This document shows positions 19,998-30,848 of a stretch of DNA of 64,000 nucleotides, in pieces. Source of the stretch: Cyanophora paradoxa CCMP329 (Eukaryota; Plantae; Glaucophyta). The stretch is taken from positions 186,001 through 250,000 of the forward strand of contig QPMI01000395.1 of assembly GCA_004431415.1 (NCBI GenBank). The letters are read 5' to 3'. Each line of letters starts with the position of its first letter. Position 1 is the stretch's first letter. The notes under the pieces are model-generated. The model ran no database searches. It saw only the letters and a list, made by a program, of their open reading frames with translations, and was not told the DNA's origin. Position numbers and translations under genes: made by a program.

Positions 19998-22900
19998 ATG
20001 AGTATCACGAATCTCCCCTTTATCACTCGGGAAACCTTGTATTTGGATGACGGTTTCGAGCTCAGCAGTAACATTACCGCTTCCAATGTGACCATATCTT
20101 CGAACCTTGTGGTAAAAGACTTTCTATTAAATCAGAGCAACCTTCAATATATCGATATCACCAGCAATCTCCCTTTTACCTATGGCACTGATAACTCAGC
20201 CCTCGTTATCTATCATGGGGGCTCACCTGTTGCATTCTTTGGCAGCAATTTCCCCACTGTGCGAACCTTCCAGCACGAAATCAATAAAGCCCGCCCCATC
20301 CCACTGACAGCTGTCGTCGAATGGGATCCTGTTAAATATTCGCAGAGCATCACAAGCAATATCACCCTCACTCGACCGCATTTAATTGATGTCATGGGGG
20401 TCGACCTTGTAAAGGAGTTTTATAGCGAGCGATTTACCAGAAATGAGCGAGATGTAGCCCAGGATCTCGAAATCTCGGGTTTATCAATAGCTACCGCAGC
20501 AAACACGGCAGGGCTCGCTGTTTTAACAGGGGCTATCACCATCACTGATGCGATCATGTATTTATCCCGCGATTTGGTGCCTTTGCTCAATCATCAATTT
20601 AATCTCGGGCAATCTAACACTGATGCTGTTAAGAAATGGCTCAATGTGTATGCCTATGATGGGTGGTTTGATGACTTGCACACGACTAACCTTTATAGCA
20701 CAACCTCAAAAACAAGTAATATAATCTTGCCTTTCAATCACTCAGTCCGACCTAATCAGATTCTTACCAATGATAATGCACTGATCAGCTACACCGACTA
20801 TAATAGTAACCTTTCCCGCTCAGTTTCGCGAACTGAGACCTACACTGTCGAGGGATACCCTCAGCAGCTCGCAAATGGGGTCTATGTCGCTTATGTAGGC
20901 AAACCTACATATACATTCACTTGGGATCAGTTGGGTGTCACAGGTTTCGAGACGAATATACCCACTGTTTCATTGGTGGATCACACTACTTATTATAATC
21001 CTATCTATAACAATAATGAATCTAATAAAGCATTTATCCAAAATGTCACCTCCACAGGGTTTCAGGTCTCGTTTGTCATTAACGAGACATACAATTTACT
21101 TATCATCCGAAACAACTCATTGAGTTCCGAAGCTACTATTAGTTTCACTCTCACCATCAATTACATTAGCCCTGTATTCGATAGCAAACCCAGAGTGAAG
21201 GTTTACCGAGATTTACAAGGTAGCAATATCGTGCCCTTCTCACAGAATTTCGATCTTGGGGCGAATTCTTTAAGGTGGAACACAGTTTACTCTTTGAGTG
21301 CAAACACCTGTAATATTGTAGTCGCAGGTTCATCGGCTACTATTGGAGATCTGACCGCCCCTTTTAAAAAGGAGTATCTTAAAGAGCTGTATATAACAAA
21401 GTCTGATTTACCAGATGCTATTTCGTTGGTGCTCTCCCCGACTCCCAGCATCTCATACCACAATGTGAAAGACACAAGTAATGTAGTGCGGAGTGGAAGC
21501 AAAGTATTCCAGGCATCCGAGATATCAGCATCAACATATAGATACCTTGCAGGGGTTCCAGCGAATTTTAATTTCACATTTGAGACACCTTTTGTTTCCC
21601 CTCCTACTATTGAAATAACAGACACGAATTTGTATGTGATCAATAATGGATCATCTACCTCTCTCAACAATGCGCCCCTTGGTTACTCTCCATTTGTCGC
21701 CACAAATATAACAACAACCGGCTTTACACTTGTCGGAAATGCAACAGTGACCTATGCTCTGTCAGGATATCCTGTTGGATTGTATTTTGCGAAGTTTAAT
21801 CTTACTCCAATCCCACCTGTGTCCCTTTCTCCTCCCTTTACTATCAGTTGGAAGGCAACAGGAACAATACCTCGGTTTGACTCCGAAGATCGATTAAAAA
21901 TAAGGTATCCTCTCGATGTGACCGACCTCCATACTACGAGAATAAATGGGCAGAATTTCGTATTTAATGGAACCAATGCTACTCTGATCGATAATCGAGT
22001 GACGAATAATTACTTTTTCGATTCTCGATATATTAATACTTGCAACATTGTCATACAGAACACGTTTGAGAATCGCAGTAAGACCTTAACAGTCACCTTG
22101 CCCACTCATTCGAATGTCTCAGATGGATTTCACTATTACCTGTTCAATCGCAATTACACCTCTTATATTCCATATCCTTCTGAGACTGTCAACATGAGCT
22201 ATCCCAGAGTTACCCTTACATCGACCAATGCTGACTTCTTTGGATCCACGGACTTTATGACCTTCTTTGCTTTTACATCCTCTACTGATGGGCTCTTAGT
22301 TTATTACACTTTCAGGTATGATGCTGTTTGGACTCAGCTTGACAGCCACCCAAACACTGATGTGATCACAGCAGGTGATAAGAAATATATAAAAACCGCT
22401 TCCCCATGGGTTTGCACTGTCCGGCTCGATGACAGATATACTCCTAACCTAAATAACATTGGATTGCACTCGACATGCAATATTTATGTGCAAGGTGCAA
22501 TTTCGGCTACCAAATATTTCGAGGGTGGAAATTGTGATACAGGACATAGGTTGCTATCGCGAAATGGATTCTTTGAGTCATTCAGTGGGACGGCTCTACC
22601 GCCCTTTATCAGGGACACAGTCTATGATACCACATGCAATATTTGGGTGTGTCGCTCTGTGAGCAATCCGCCTGTGACAAAGGAATTATATAAATACCTG
22701 TCAGATACCTATGGTGCAATTACAGGGTCTTCAACAGGAAATCCAGCAACGGCTCCCATCGTGTTTGCAAATGCATACACAGCGCCGACATCATTAGCAG
22801 GGTCGACAGAGCCGCCACCAAACGATCCCAATCCGAACCAGCCTAACCCAGATCCCGATTCAAAAGATCCCCCTACAACTAATCCAGATCCAAACACGAC

Positions 22901-23324
22901 ACCTAATAATCCCTCAAATCCTACAAATCCAGTCGGATCGCCAGGAATGGATCCCGGGACGTTAGTGCTTCTCATTCTCTTGCCAATTCTCGGTGCCCTT
23001 GGACTTGTGCTTGCATACAAATTCCGAGCTTTATGTTGTGCTTGCATAGACAGAACCATTGCAGGTGCAGGTAATAAATACTCGGTGCCAGAAATGAATG
23101 TGACCCAAACAGCCGAAGGAGATGTGGGGTTAGAGGTGAGGTCAGCCGAGGGGCATGGTCTTAGTGTTGTGAGAACTGATCAACCACCAGCAAGTAGGGC
23201 AGCACCCAAAAAATCACGAGCAGAACGAATGGCTGAATCAATAATGAATGAAAATGCAGACTTTATGTCGGAGATTGCACAACGAGAGGGCAGAACATAC
23301 GAGCTTCTCCCAATGCGACCTTAA
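19998..23324 (+). CDS. Large fibre/spike-like protein with C-terminal transmembrane helix
   Basis: 1108 aa, S/T/N-rich. Fibre-type motifs (NIVPFSQNFDLGANSLRWNTVY) and gp53/H-lectin-like segments (FTFETPFVSPPTIEIT...TTTGFTL...ISWKATG). P/N/D-rich linker, then TM LVLLILLPILGALGLVLAY followed by CCAC. Confidence 0.7.
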   Translation: MSITNLPFITRETLYLDDGFELSSNITASNVTISSNLVVKDFLLNQSNLQYIDITSNLPFTYGTDNSALVIYHGGSPVAFFGSNFPTVRTFQHEINKARPIPLTAVVEWDPVKYSQSITSNITLTRPHLIDVMGVDLVKEFYSERFTRNERDVAQDLEISGLSIATAANTAGLAVLTGAITITDAIMYLSRDLVPLLNHQFNLGQSNTDAVKKWLNVYAYDGWFDDLHTTNLYSTTSKTSNIILPFNHSVRPNQILTNDNALISYTDYNSNLSRSVSRTETYTVEGYPQQLANGVYVAYVGKPTYTFTWDQLGVTGFETNIPTVSLVDHTTYYNPIYNNNESNKAFIQNVTSTGFQVSFVINETYNLLIIRNNSLSSEATISFTLTINYISPVFDSKPRVKVYRDLQGSNIVPFSQNFDLGANSLRWNTVYSLSANTCNIVVAGSSATIGDLTAPFKKEYLKELYITKSDLPDAISLVLSPTPSISYHNVKDTSNVVRSGSKVFQASEISASTYRYLAGVPANFNFTFETPFVSPPTIEITDTNLYVINNGSSTSLNNAPLGYSPFVATNITTTGFTLVGNATVTYALSGYPVGLYFAKFNLTPIPPVSLSPPFTISWKATGTIPRFDSEDRLKIRYPLDVTDLHTTRINGQNFVFNGTNATLIDNRVTNNYFFDSRYINTCNIVIQNTFENRSKTLTVTLPTHSNVSDGFHYYLFNRNYTSYIPYPSETVNMSYPRVTLTSTNADFFGSTDFMTFFAFTSSTDGLLVYYTFRYDAVWTQLDSHPNTDVITAGDKKYIKTASPWVCTVRLDDRYTPNLNNIGLHSTCNIYVQGAISATKYFEGGNCDTGHRLLSRNGFFESFSGTALPPFIRDTVYDTTCNIWVCRSVSNPPVTKELYKYLSDTYGAITGSSTGNPATAPIVFANAYTAPTSLAGSTEPPPNDPNPNQPNPDPDSKDPPTTNPDPNTTPNNPSNPTNPVGSPGMDPGTLVLLILLPILGALGLVLAYKFRALCCACIDRTIAGAGNKYSVPEMNVTQTAEGDVGLEVRSAEGHGLSVVRTDQPPASRAAPKKSRAERMAESIMNENADFMSEIAQREGRTYELLPMRP

Positions 23325-23353
23325 TTTTTGTAGAATGCCATAATAGAGAAATA

Positions 23354-24817
23354 ATGACGGAACCCATAGTAGAAACGACAGTAAAGAATGCTGTATTGGA
23401 TAATCAATTTTATATAACCCATGCCAATATACCCAGTGAATCCAATGACCTAATTGTTAATCTAAAAGGCTATGTGATGGGAGCTATGGCTTCTAACCTA
23501 TGGAATGACATTTTCGGTTACGAGTTTGGTCACATCTATGACATTGCAAATGGGATTGGCTATGTGGATGCAATGGCAGGCACAGCCTTTCGCAATTTAA
23601 ATTGCAACTGTGTGGGTGGGTGGATGTTTCAGATCTGTTCAAATGTCGATCCTACTATTGATCCCGCCACGATTACTTTTGATTGCAATCTGTATGCCCC
23701 CAAAACCATTTTTTCTATCACTTGCAATCTCGTTAATTCGGATGTGCCCATAGTAGCACCTGTAATAGGTGCATCAAATATGTATATCCAAAGAAATCCG
23801 GTCGTGCATACAGGTGCCGAATTTATATTGGGCGACAACACCCCAATTAGTCGACTCGAATTGCCCACGAATTTCACCTTTAATCTCGTGGATGAGTTCC
23901 CTAACAGTCAAAGTCTTATGTATTTCACCTCTGAAAATCGCCTTTCGGGTGCATTCTCACCAATCGAGCTGTCTATACCAAAGCAAAAGGTGAGCTATAA
24001 GGAGCTCACAGATGTCCCGGCGGGTTTTAGTGGAAAGTGGAGTGATATCATTCAGAAGCCGACTTGGAGTAGTGTAGCATACACAGGAAATTACTATGAT
24101 TTAGTAGGAACTCCCGATTTCACAAGCTATATACCTCGTTGGATCGATCAAGGTGTAATTATATCAGAATCTACACTCCCTTTCAATGGGACATGGGATA
24201 GGTTATTTACTAAGCCGAATTTGCATGCTGTTGCCACAAGTGGTGACTACAACGATTTAACTAACACCCCTATTGCACCGACCTTGCATGCTGTGGCTAC
24301 AAGTGGGAGCTATACAGATTTAGTTAATACACCTAACCTCCACGCTGTGGCTACAAGTGGAAATTATGATGATCTGATTAACACACCTACTTCGCCACCC
24401 ACTCACAATCACAGCATAGAGTTGCTCACGAATTTCGGTAATTATGTGAATCCAAATGCATATGTGCAACAAGGGACAGCGGATGTAGTTATACCTAATC
24501 AAGTTTATACAGTAGGGCAAGTGTTTACAGCATCAGGAACCGTTACATTTTCTACCCCATATTATAGTGATCCAATAGTTAATGCTACTCTCGAAAACAG
24601 TATTATTTTAACAAGTGTCGATTTCACCAATAGCATATATCTCTCTGCTGAATATCAGTTCGGGAATCGCATTGGGTTCAAAAATAAATTCACTTGGATT
24701 GCTATATTTACTTGTTATTCGGCAATCAATTATACGAATGTGCCCCAAAACGAAAGAACCCTTAAACTCCATTGGATTGCTGTCGGACCTCTCCAAAACA
24801 ATAATATTCTCACGTAA
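23354..24817 (+). CDS. Tail-fibre-like protein with phage-type LHAVATSGxYxDL repeats and C-terminal gp53/H-lectin-like domain
   Basis: Three LHAVATSG(D/S/N)YxDLxNTP repeats plus degenerate copies. C-terminal SGTVTFSTPYYSDPIV...LHWIAVG. Confidence 0.75.
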   Translation: MTEPIVETTVKNAVLDNQFYITHANIPSESNDLIVNLKGYVMGAMASNLWNDIFGYEFGHIYDIANGIGYVDAMAGTAFRNLNCNCVGGWMFQICSNVDPTIDPATITFDCNLYAPKTIFSITCNLVNSDVPIVAPVIGASNMYIQRNPVVHTGAEFILGDNTPISRLELPTNFTFNLVDEFPNSQSLMYFTSENRLSGAFSPIELSIPKQKVSYKELTDVPAGFSGKWSDIIQKPTWSSVAYTGNYYDLVGTPDFTSYIPRWIDQGVIISESTLPFNGTWDRLFTKPNLHAVATSGDYNDLTNTPIAPTLHAVATSGSYTDLVNTPNLHAVATSGNYDDLINTPTSPPTHNHSIELLTNFGNYVNPNAYVQQGTADVVIPNQVYTVGQVFTASGTVTFSTPYYSDPIVNATLENSIILTSVDFTNSIYLSAEYQFGNRIGFKNKFTWIAIFTCYSAINYTNVPQNERTLKLHWIAVGPLQNNNILT

Positions 24818-24837
24818 TTATAAAGAACAATCAAACC

Positions 24838-25749
24838 ATGTCGACTGTGTTTACCCCTGTCTTCTCCCTGAGTGCATCAGCTGTCCATAATGTGCAACAC
24901 ACAGTCTATGATTTATCTCCGAGCCACCCTTCGACTGAGACAGCGAAAACCGATTCTTTTAATGACCAAAGCATACTCAGAGTCAAAGAACTCAGAGCTG
25001 ACAAGATTGATGGACTCGTTAAAGCTACTCAAATAATCGTATCTAATCGACCCGCAATCTCTTCGGGGCTGGTCACCAAAGAAAATCTATATGAAGGTCA
25101 ACAGGATTCCAAAACGGCTTTTAATCCGGCTGATAGGAATTCGGCGGCTTTCCAAGTTTACAGTGGTGGGGCATGGATTGGGACTGGACTTGGAGTGAAT
25201 GGGAATGCGACAGTTAGTGGGACAGGCTCATTTACTGGATTACTCACAGCAAGTGGAGGAGTAAATGGAAGCACTGGGACTTTCTCAGGGCTTCTTACAG
25301 CAAATGGAGGAGTTACTGGAACCACTGGCACATTCAGTGGCAATGTTAAAATGAATAGTCACCCAATGATGGGAAGATATGGAACCGCAGCAGGGGGAAC
25401 CGGAAATACAGATGTGAAATTTGTCGACTATACCACTGGGTTTACAAGACTTGGGACATCAACTTTTGCTGAGGGTCGGTTTACCTGTCAAACAAAAGGA
25501 ATATACGTTGTTCATGGTTCTGCATTAACAGATACTATGGCATCAGGCACAGGTAAACTGGAAATTAAGATAAACGGTAGTTCTGTGAGTCAATTTAGAT
25601 TTATGATACCAATTGCTAATCTATATACTGGTATGGCAACAGGTGGTGTGGTATCACTTTCCCCGGGCGATTATGTAGAGATGTGGGTTCAGAATGCATG
25701 GAGAGATAGATGTGGACTTTATATAGCCATGCTAACCGCCATCGATTAA
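24838..25749 (+). CDS. Fibre protein with Gly-rich repeats and C-terminal C1q/TNF-like head
   Basis: Repeats GTGSFTGLLTASGGV / TGTFSGLLTANGGV. C1q-like GRFTCQTKGIYVVHGS...VVSLSPGDYVEMWV. Confidence 0.75.
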   Translation: MSTVFTPVFSLSASAVHNVQHTVYDLSPSHPSTETAKTDSFNDQSILRVKELRADKIDGLVKATQIIVSNRPAISSGLVTKENLYEGQQDSKTAFNPADRNSAAFQVYSGGAWIGTGLGVNGNATVSGTGSFTGLLTASGGVNGSTGTFSGLLTANGGVTGTTGTFSGNVKMNSHPMMGRYGTAAGGTGNTDVKFVDYTTGFTRLGTSTFAEGRFTCQTKGIYVVHGSALTDTMASGTGKLEIKINGSSVSQFRFMIPIANLYTGMATGGVVSLSPGDYVEMWVQNAWRDRCGLYIAMLTAID

Positions 25750-25771
25750 TTTTATTGCCTTAGAATAAAGA

Positions 25772-26035
25772 ATGTCGAACATATTCGAGGTGATTTTATC
25801 GAATACTGAAAAGCTGGCAATGGAATATATTGCGTTCTCTCCTGCTGAATGGATTATTAATGTAGTGAAAAGTCGTGCAATGTCGGCAACTGATGACATA
25901 GTAGCCAAAGAGGTTCAATCTTGCATTGCCGCTGGAATTCCGATTCCACTCACAAAGGAAGCGATTGTAGAGCAAGCATTTAATCGGGGGACTGTTCGAA
26001 AGGCAAGCGAAATTACTGTGAGTGCTCCTATGTAA
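25772..26035 (+). CDS. Small phage-like protein, putative partner/chaperone of the C1q fibre
   Basis: 87 aa, LAMEYIAFSPAEWIINVVKSRA...IPIPLTKEAIVEQAF. From recall it resembles small proteins that follow C1q-domain fibre genes in T4-like cyanophages (not searched). Confidence 0.55.
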   Translation: MSNIFEVILSNTEKLAMEYIAFSPAEWIINVVKSRAMSATDDIVAKEVQSCIAAGIPIPLTKEAIVEQAFNRGTVRKASEITVSAPM

Positions 26036-26095
26036 AGAATTCGAAGAATGAGAGATGGGTTTATTGTTATTTTTCATAGATCATGCATAAGAAAG

Positions 26096-27781
26096 GCATG
26101 TATCTTGCATAGTGGGCGGGGCGCACTGTTTCACACTAAGGTCAATCGATTTTCATAGAGTCTCAGACTGATAACAATAAGATAAATAATAAACTACTTT
26201 ATAATTAATAAAAACTACTTTAAACTACTCAACTACCTATGTTAAACTACGCAACTTAATACCGCAAACTACGCATTTAATACCAAAACTACGCAACTAC
26301 GCAAGTTTTTCACTTCTCTAATTTTTTTCCCCGCCAACTTCTAAACTTTTTCAGAAAGTTGCGTAGTTGCGTAGTTTTGGTATTAAATGTGTAGTTTTCG
26401 GTATTAAAAGCGATCAGATTGCGTAGTTTTCATGCGTAGTTACGTTAAATTGCGTAGTCTCCGATTGCCCGCATGCTTCTCAGTGCGAGACTATTGCGTA
26501 GCCTATAAAACGGTCGTGTTTCAGTGCGAAACTATCGCGTAGCTTCCCTTGTAGTATGCCGGCGCTCTTTTCAGTAGAGAAAGCATGGTATATATCATAG
26601 AATCATATTGATATTAATAAGAAACTACTTTATAATATATAAACTACTTGAAACTACTCATCTTACCATGAAAAACTACGCAATTCGAAACCAAAACTAC
26701 GCAAACGAAACCAAAACTACGCAACTACGCAAGTTTTACACTTTTCTAAATTTTTCCAGCCCCGAGTTTCAAACTTTTTCTGAAAGTTGCGTAGTTGCGT
26801 AGTTTTGGTATCTTTTCAGTAGTTCCCGGTATTAAATTGCGTAGTTTCTTTGAGTAGTTGCGGTAAATTGCGTAGTTTCTATGTGTAGCCGCACGATCTC
26901 GATGCGAAACTCATGCATTTACGTGCTAATCAGTAAGGTGTTACAGGTGTTACAGGTCTATCCCAAAGTTTCCTATCCCCCACCCCCTCCTAGGGCAAAG
27001 TTTGGGATGAACCTGTAACACCTGTAACACTGACCTAATTCAGTAAGAACCTATTAAAACAACAAAATATCAGTCTTAGTATATCATAATAATATCAGTA
27101 GTAATTATTTTTGTATTATAACGATCAATTTCGTATCGTTTTCAGTGCGAAACTATTCACTATCACATATTTTCGATGCGCGCGAAATGTTTTATGCAGC
27201 ACACGATAATTGTTTACGTTGTTACAGGTGTTACAGGTCTTGCCCAAACTCGGGAACCAAGACCCCACTCCTAGGGCGGACTTTGGGATAAACCTGTAAC
27301 ACCTGTAACACTGAATAAGACCAATTAAAATACAAAAGAATCAATCATAATATATCATAGATCTACTTTGTTTTATAGAGAGCCGCATACAGAACGTTCC
27401 ATGCAGCTCATGGTAGTTGTTTTTGATGAAACGACGCATGATCGTCGCTTATGCATTGAAAATTCAGAACAACACACATATACAACGCCCGGCTTTTAGA
27501 CTGAGGCAAGTTATAATTAAACTAAGTTGAGTCACACCTATACTATAATGAAACTCACGATATATATAAGTCTACTCATCGAGAATATAGCTAAACTTCA
27601 CATAAACTATACATATTTCACATATTTTATTAAAAAGAAGCTATAACTCACGATAAAATAAATACATATAACAGATAAAACACACACATATTCACGATAG
27701 ATCTATTATAAATACAGGTTATATACTAACGATATCAATTTAAATTAGCCGAGGTCTAAAAGCCGGGCGTTGTATATGTGT
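26096..27781 (-). repeat. Right terminal inverted repeat (~1686 bp)
   Basis: Begins GCATGTATCTTGCATAGTGGGCGGGGCGCAC and mirrors 504..2184. Confidence 0.95.
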
Positions 27782-27787
27782 CGGAGG
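27782..27787 (+). repeat. Right target-site duplication (CGGAGG)
   Basis: Immediately follows the right terminus and is identical to 498..503. Confidence 0.93.
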
Positions 27788-28816
27788 CCACCCTGAGGGC
27801 AGGCCCCGAGCGGTGTCAGGGCTTGTAGCCGAGCGGGGAGAGTCCGAGGATGAGCTGGGAGAGCTCGAGGATGATGTCGCCGCAGTGGAACCGTGAACAG
27901 GACGTGGAAGGGCGGAGGGCAGAGGAGAGGGCGGGGAGCGCGTTGGAGTCGGCGGTGGCGGGAGAGGGGTTGGAGGCAGATGGGGCAGTCATGGGGCAGT
28001 GGGATCCCGGATGGAGCTGACGAGCGCGGGTAGAAAAAGGGAAGGGGGGCGGATCCGGCGGCGGGCTGGGAACGGGGGGCCGGGAGAAGGTGGGGGGAGG
28101 GAGGGGCGGGGGCGGGGGGAGGGCGGTCTTGGGGCGGCACCTCGTGCGTAGGAGGCGTCTGCGGCCCGGGCGCTGCCGAACTTGTTCCTGCCGGTGGGTC
28201 AGCCGCGAGGCGCTGCCGCAGTGCGGGGCGCGGCGGATGCATATGCGCGATTGTTGGCTGCGGTGCGGAAGCCCGAGGAGCCGCGGCCGGCCGCCGGGCT
28301 AGGGCGGCCAGCTCTCGCCGTATCACGGAGGTCGCGGGGGCGAGTCCTGCGGCCGCGGGCGGCGGTACGGCCGGGGCGACCGCAAGGGCGGCCGGCTGTG
28401 GTGCGGCCGGCGCAGGCGCCGCCGTCGGTGGGCCGGGCGTTGGTGCAGCGGAGGTCGCAGTCGCGATTGACGGGGCGGGCAGCGGCGCGGGTTGAAGGGC
28501 TGACGGGGCGGGCGGCAGCGGCAGCGGCCGGGCGGGGGAGGGCTACGAAGGAACAGGGGGCAGGTTGGAGCCCGGCCAGCAGCCGGCGCGGACGCGTACG
28601 GCGGAGACGAGGTGGCGTGAGGGCGTTGCAGCGACCGGAAGTACGAGCGGATGCTGCGCATCGAGGTCGGTTGAAATAATTCCTGTTGAAATAATTATAA
28701 ATATATTGTTTCTCAGCGCTCCTAGCCTACTAGGCTAGGCTATAGCTAGGCCTGCGCATGTCGCGCCGCGACGTCTACGTATCACTAGTAAAAGGGGGGT
28801 CGCCGCCGACTCGCCG

Positions 28817-29052
28817 GAGCCTGTTTGAGCCTGATTTATAACGTTCAATGGTCATGATCAACAGGCTTGAATCAGGCGGAAACAGGCTGGAAAAACAGGC
28901 TCAGCCTTATTTCGGAGGATTCAGCCTGATTTGAAACAGGCTGAAACAGGCTTGGATCAGGCTGAATGAGGCTTAGATCAGGCTGGAAACAGGCTCCAAT
29001 CAGGCTGGAAACAGGCTCCAATCAGGCCTATTTCACTGATGAGTCAGGCTGG
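28817..29052. repeat. Degenerate ~10-bp CAGGCT/AGCCTG tandem array in host DNA
   Basis: Many AAACAGGCT(G/C) and ATCAGGCT units, some inverted. Confidence 0.7.
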
Positions 29053-29479
29053 ATCACGCTTGCGCATGCTACGTACCCCCGCCCCGCCCCCCGCACCGCG
29101 CCAGCACACATAGCATCGGAACTCGCATTGCACTGTGTGGAATTCGCACAGTGCGGAGCGGGCTGCATGCCACTTTCCCCTACTTTCTTTTTGAATTAGA
29201 AGAGCTTTCGTCTGCTTTTCCCCTTGCCACTTTCATCTCACTTTCATTCTATATTTCACCCGCTAACAGCTCGCTCTCAGCTCTCAGCTCGCGATCGGGC
29301 GCTCTAGATCTGCCGGCTTGGACCGCAGCCGCGGCAGTTGCAAACTTGCAATTGCACTGCGCATGCGGCACGCACGACCGTCGGACCAGCGACCGCGCGC
29401 GCCTAGCATCGGGCTACTCGAGCTCCGATCCGGCCGCCTCGAGCTTCATCAGCCTCGGACCTTCGCTTCGGATCCAGGG

Positions 29480-30215
29480 ATGGAAGAGTACGCGACCTGC
29501 CGCAGTGCGGCGACGCCCCGAGCTTTGGGGCGACCTTCCTCAAGAATTCGAAGCTGGACCACGGCCTCCGGCAGGAGCTCCAGGACGCGGCCTCGGACCC
29601 CGTCCTCACGCTCCAGCTCGTCCACCAGAGCATCAACAGCGCCGCGCTGCTCGCGCCGCGCGCGCGCCCGTGATCGCTCGCGCCCGTTCGCGAGCCCATA
29701 CTGGACGATCGATATATATCGCGAGGCCGACGTCTCAACAAAATTTAAATAGCGATATCGATCGCGCGAGAGCCATAAACCCGATTCTGAGTCCGCGCGC
29801 GCAGGGCGATCGCATGGATGAAACGGAAGGGTACGCCTAGGCCTCGTGCTGCCAGCATCGCGGCGACTTCGACAGCAGCGAGGACCCCGAGGCCGCCTGG
29901 CTCGCCCTCACGGACGAGAGCTACAATAAGTGCATGGCCGACTTCGCCATCGTCCACGCGAACATCAACCCGGCACCGGCCAACGAGCTCGACGCCGAGG
30001 CGCAGGCCGCGGATGAAGCCGACCTCCTCGCCGTGCGCTCCCGCCCCTAGGCCTAGCCTGCCCGATCCGCCCCATGACCAGCCGCTGAGACCCGATCCTG
30101 AGCTCACGCGCTCCCCCGCCCCGCCCCGCCCCTGCGTTCGAATTCGCAGGAGGAAGACTTCGCGGAGGCGCTCGCCGAGTCGGACGCGGACTTCGCCGCC
30201 GCCTTCGAATTCTGA
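29480..30215 (+). CDS. Small multi-exon host gene, unknown acidic protein (boundaries approximate)
   Basis: Short coding-like exons (FLKNSKLDHGLRQELQDAASDPVL; CMADFAIVHANINP; EEDFAEALAESDADFAAAFEF-stop) separated by short intron-like segments ending in CAG. Confidence 0.3.
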
Positions 30216-30848
30216 TCGCGATCGTCGGATCACCCGCGGCCGAGTCGGAACGTGCTGCCGCGCTTCGATCATCGCGAGGCTCCGAGGCTCTGTGCGTGTC
30301 AAGGTGTGGACGGTGTGGGGTCTTGCATGCGCAATTGTTCGCGGAATCGATCATGCATATGAATCGAAAATGAATTCGAGTCGATTCGAATTGTCTCTCC
30401 GGTTCACTGCAGCTGAGTCGACGTTTTGCATTCATTTAAAAATTCGCCTCCGATCTAGATTCAGATGCATCCTTACAACGGGCCGGGCCAGCTGCCGCGC
30501 GCATGCGTCGGGGTGGGTGCGCATGCTAGCTATAGCTACTGCATGCGCACTGCCACGCGCACTGCCCCCGTCCGCGCAAAATATAATGGCCCCATCCGCG
30601 CATCCTCGAGTTTTTCTCTCGAGCTCGAGGCTCGCGGCACTCTATTGCATGATATATATATAACTGATCGAAAATTTGCTCTAGCTCTAGATTTTTCAAT
30701 CTTTTCCTCGAGCTCTAGCTAGTCGAGATCATATAAGAGGCTCTCGAAAATTCCTGTGCGCCCGTGCCCGAAGCGAGGCGCAGATCTAGAGCTCGAGAAG
30801 GAATTAGCAGCAGCCGGCCTGCTGGCAGAGCTTGAGATCGAAACGACC

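Larger units (their letters stand above)
504..27781. mobile_element. Endogenous Polinton-like virus / Maverick-type element, apparently complete (27,278 bp)
   Basis: Termini ACACATATACAACG... / ...CGTTGTATATGTGT are exact reverse complements. CGGAGG is duplicated on both sides. GC drops sharply relative to the flanks. Intronless genes for integrase, pPolB, primase-helicase, A32 ATPase, MCP and pentons. Confidence 0.96.

Noticed and set aside
19998-26035. Diversity-generating retroelement or invertase shufflon acting on the fibre genes
   Set aside because: No reverse transcriptase, recombinase, template/variable repeat pair or crossover sites were seen.
27745-28679. Host gene interrupted by the PLV (CPIC motif, possible RING)
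   Set aside because: Rejoining the flanks gives only a low-complexity GC-rich frame without a full RING pattern, so it cannot be supported.
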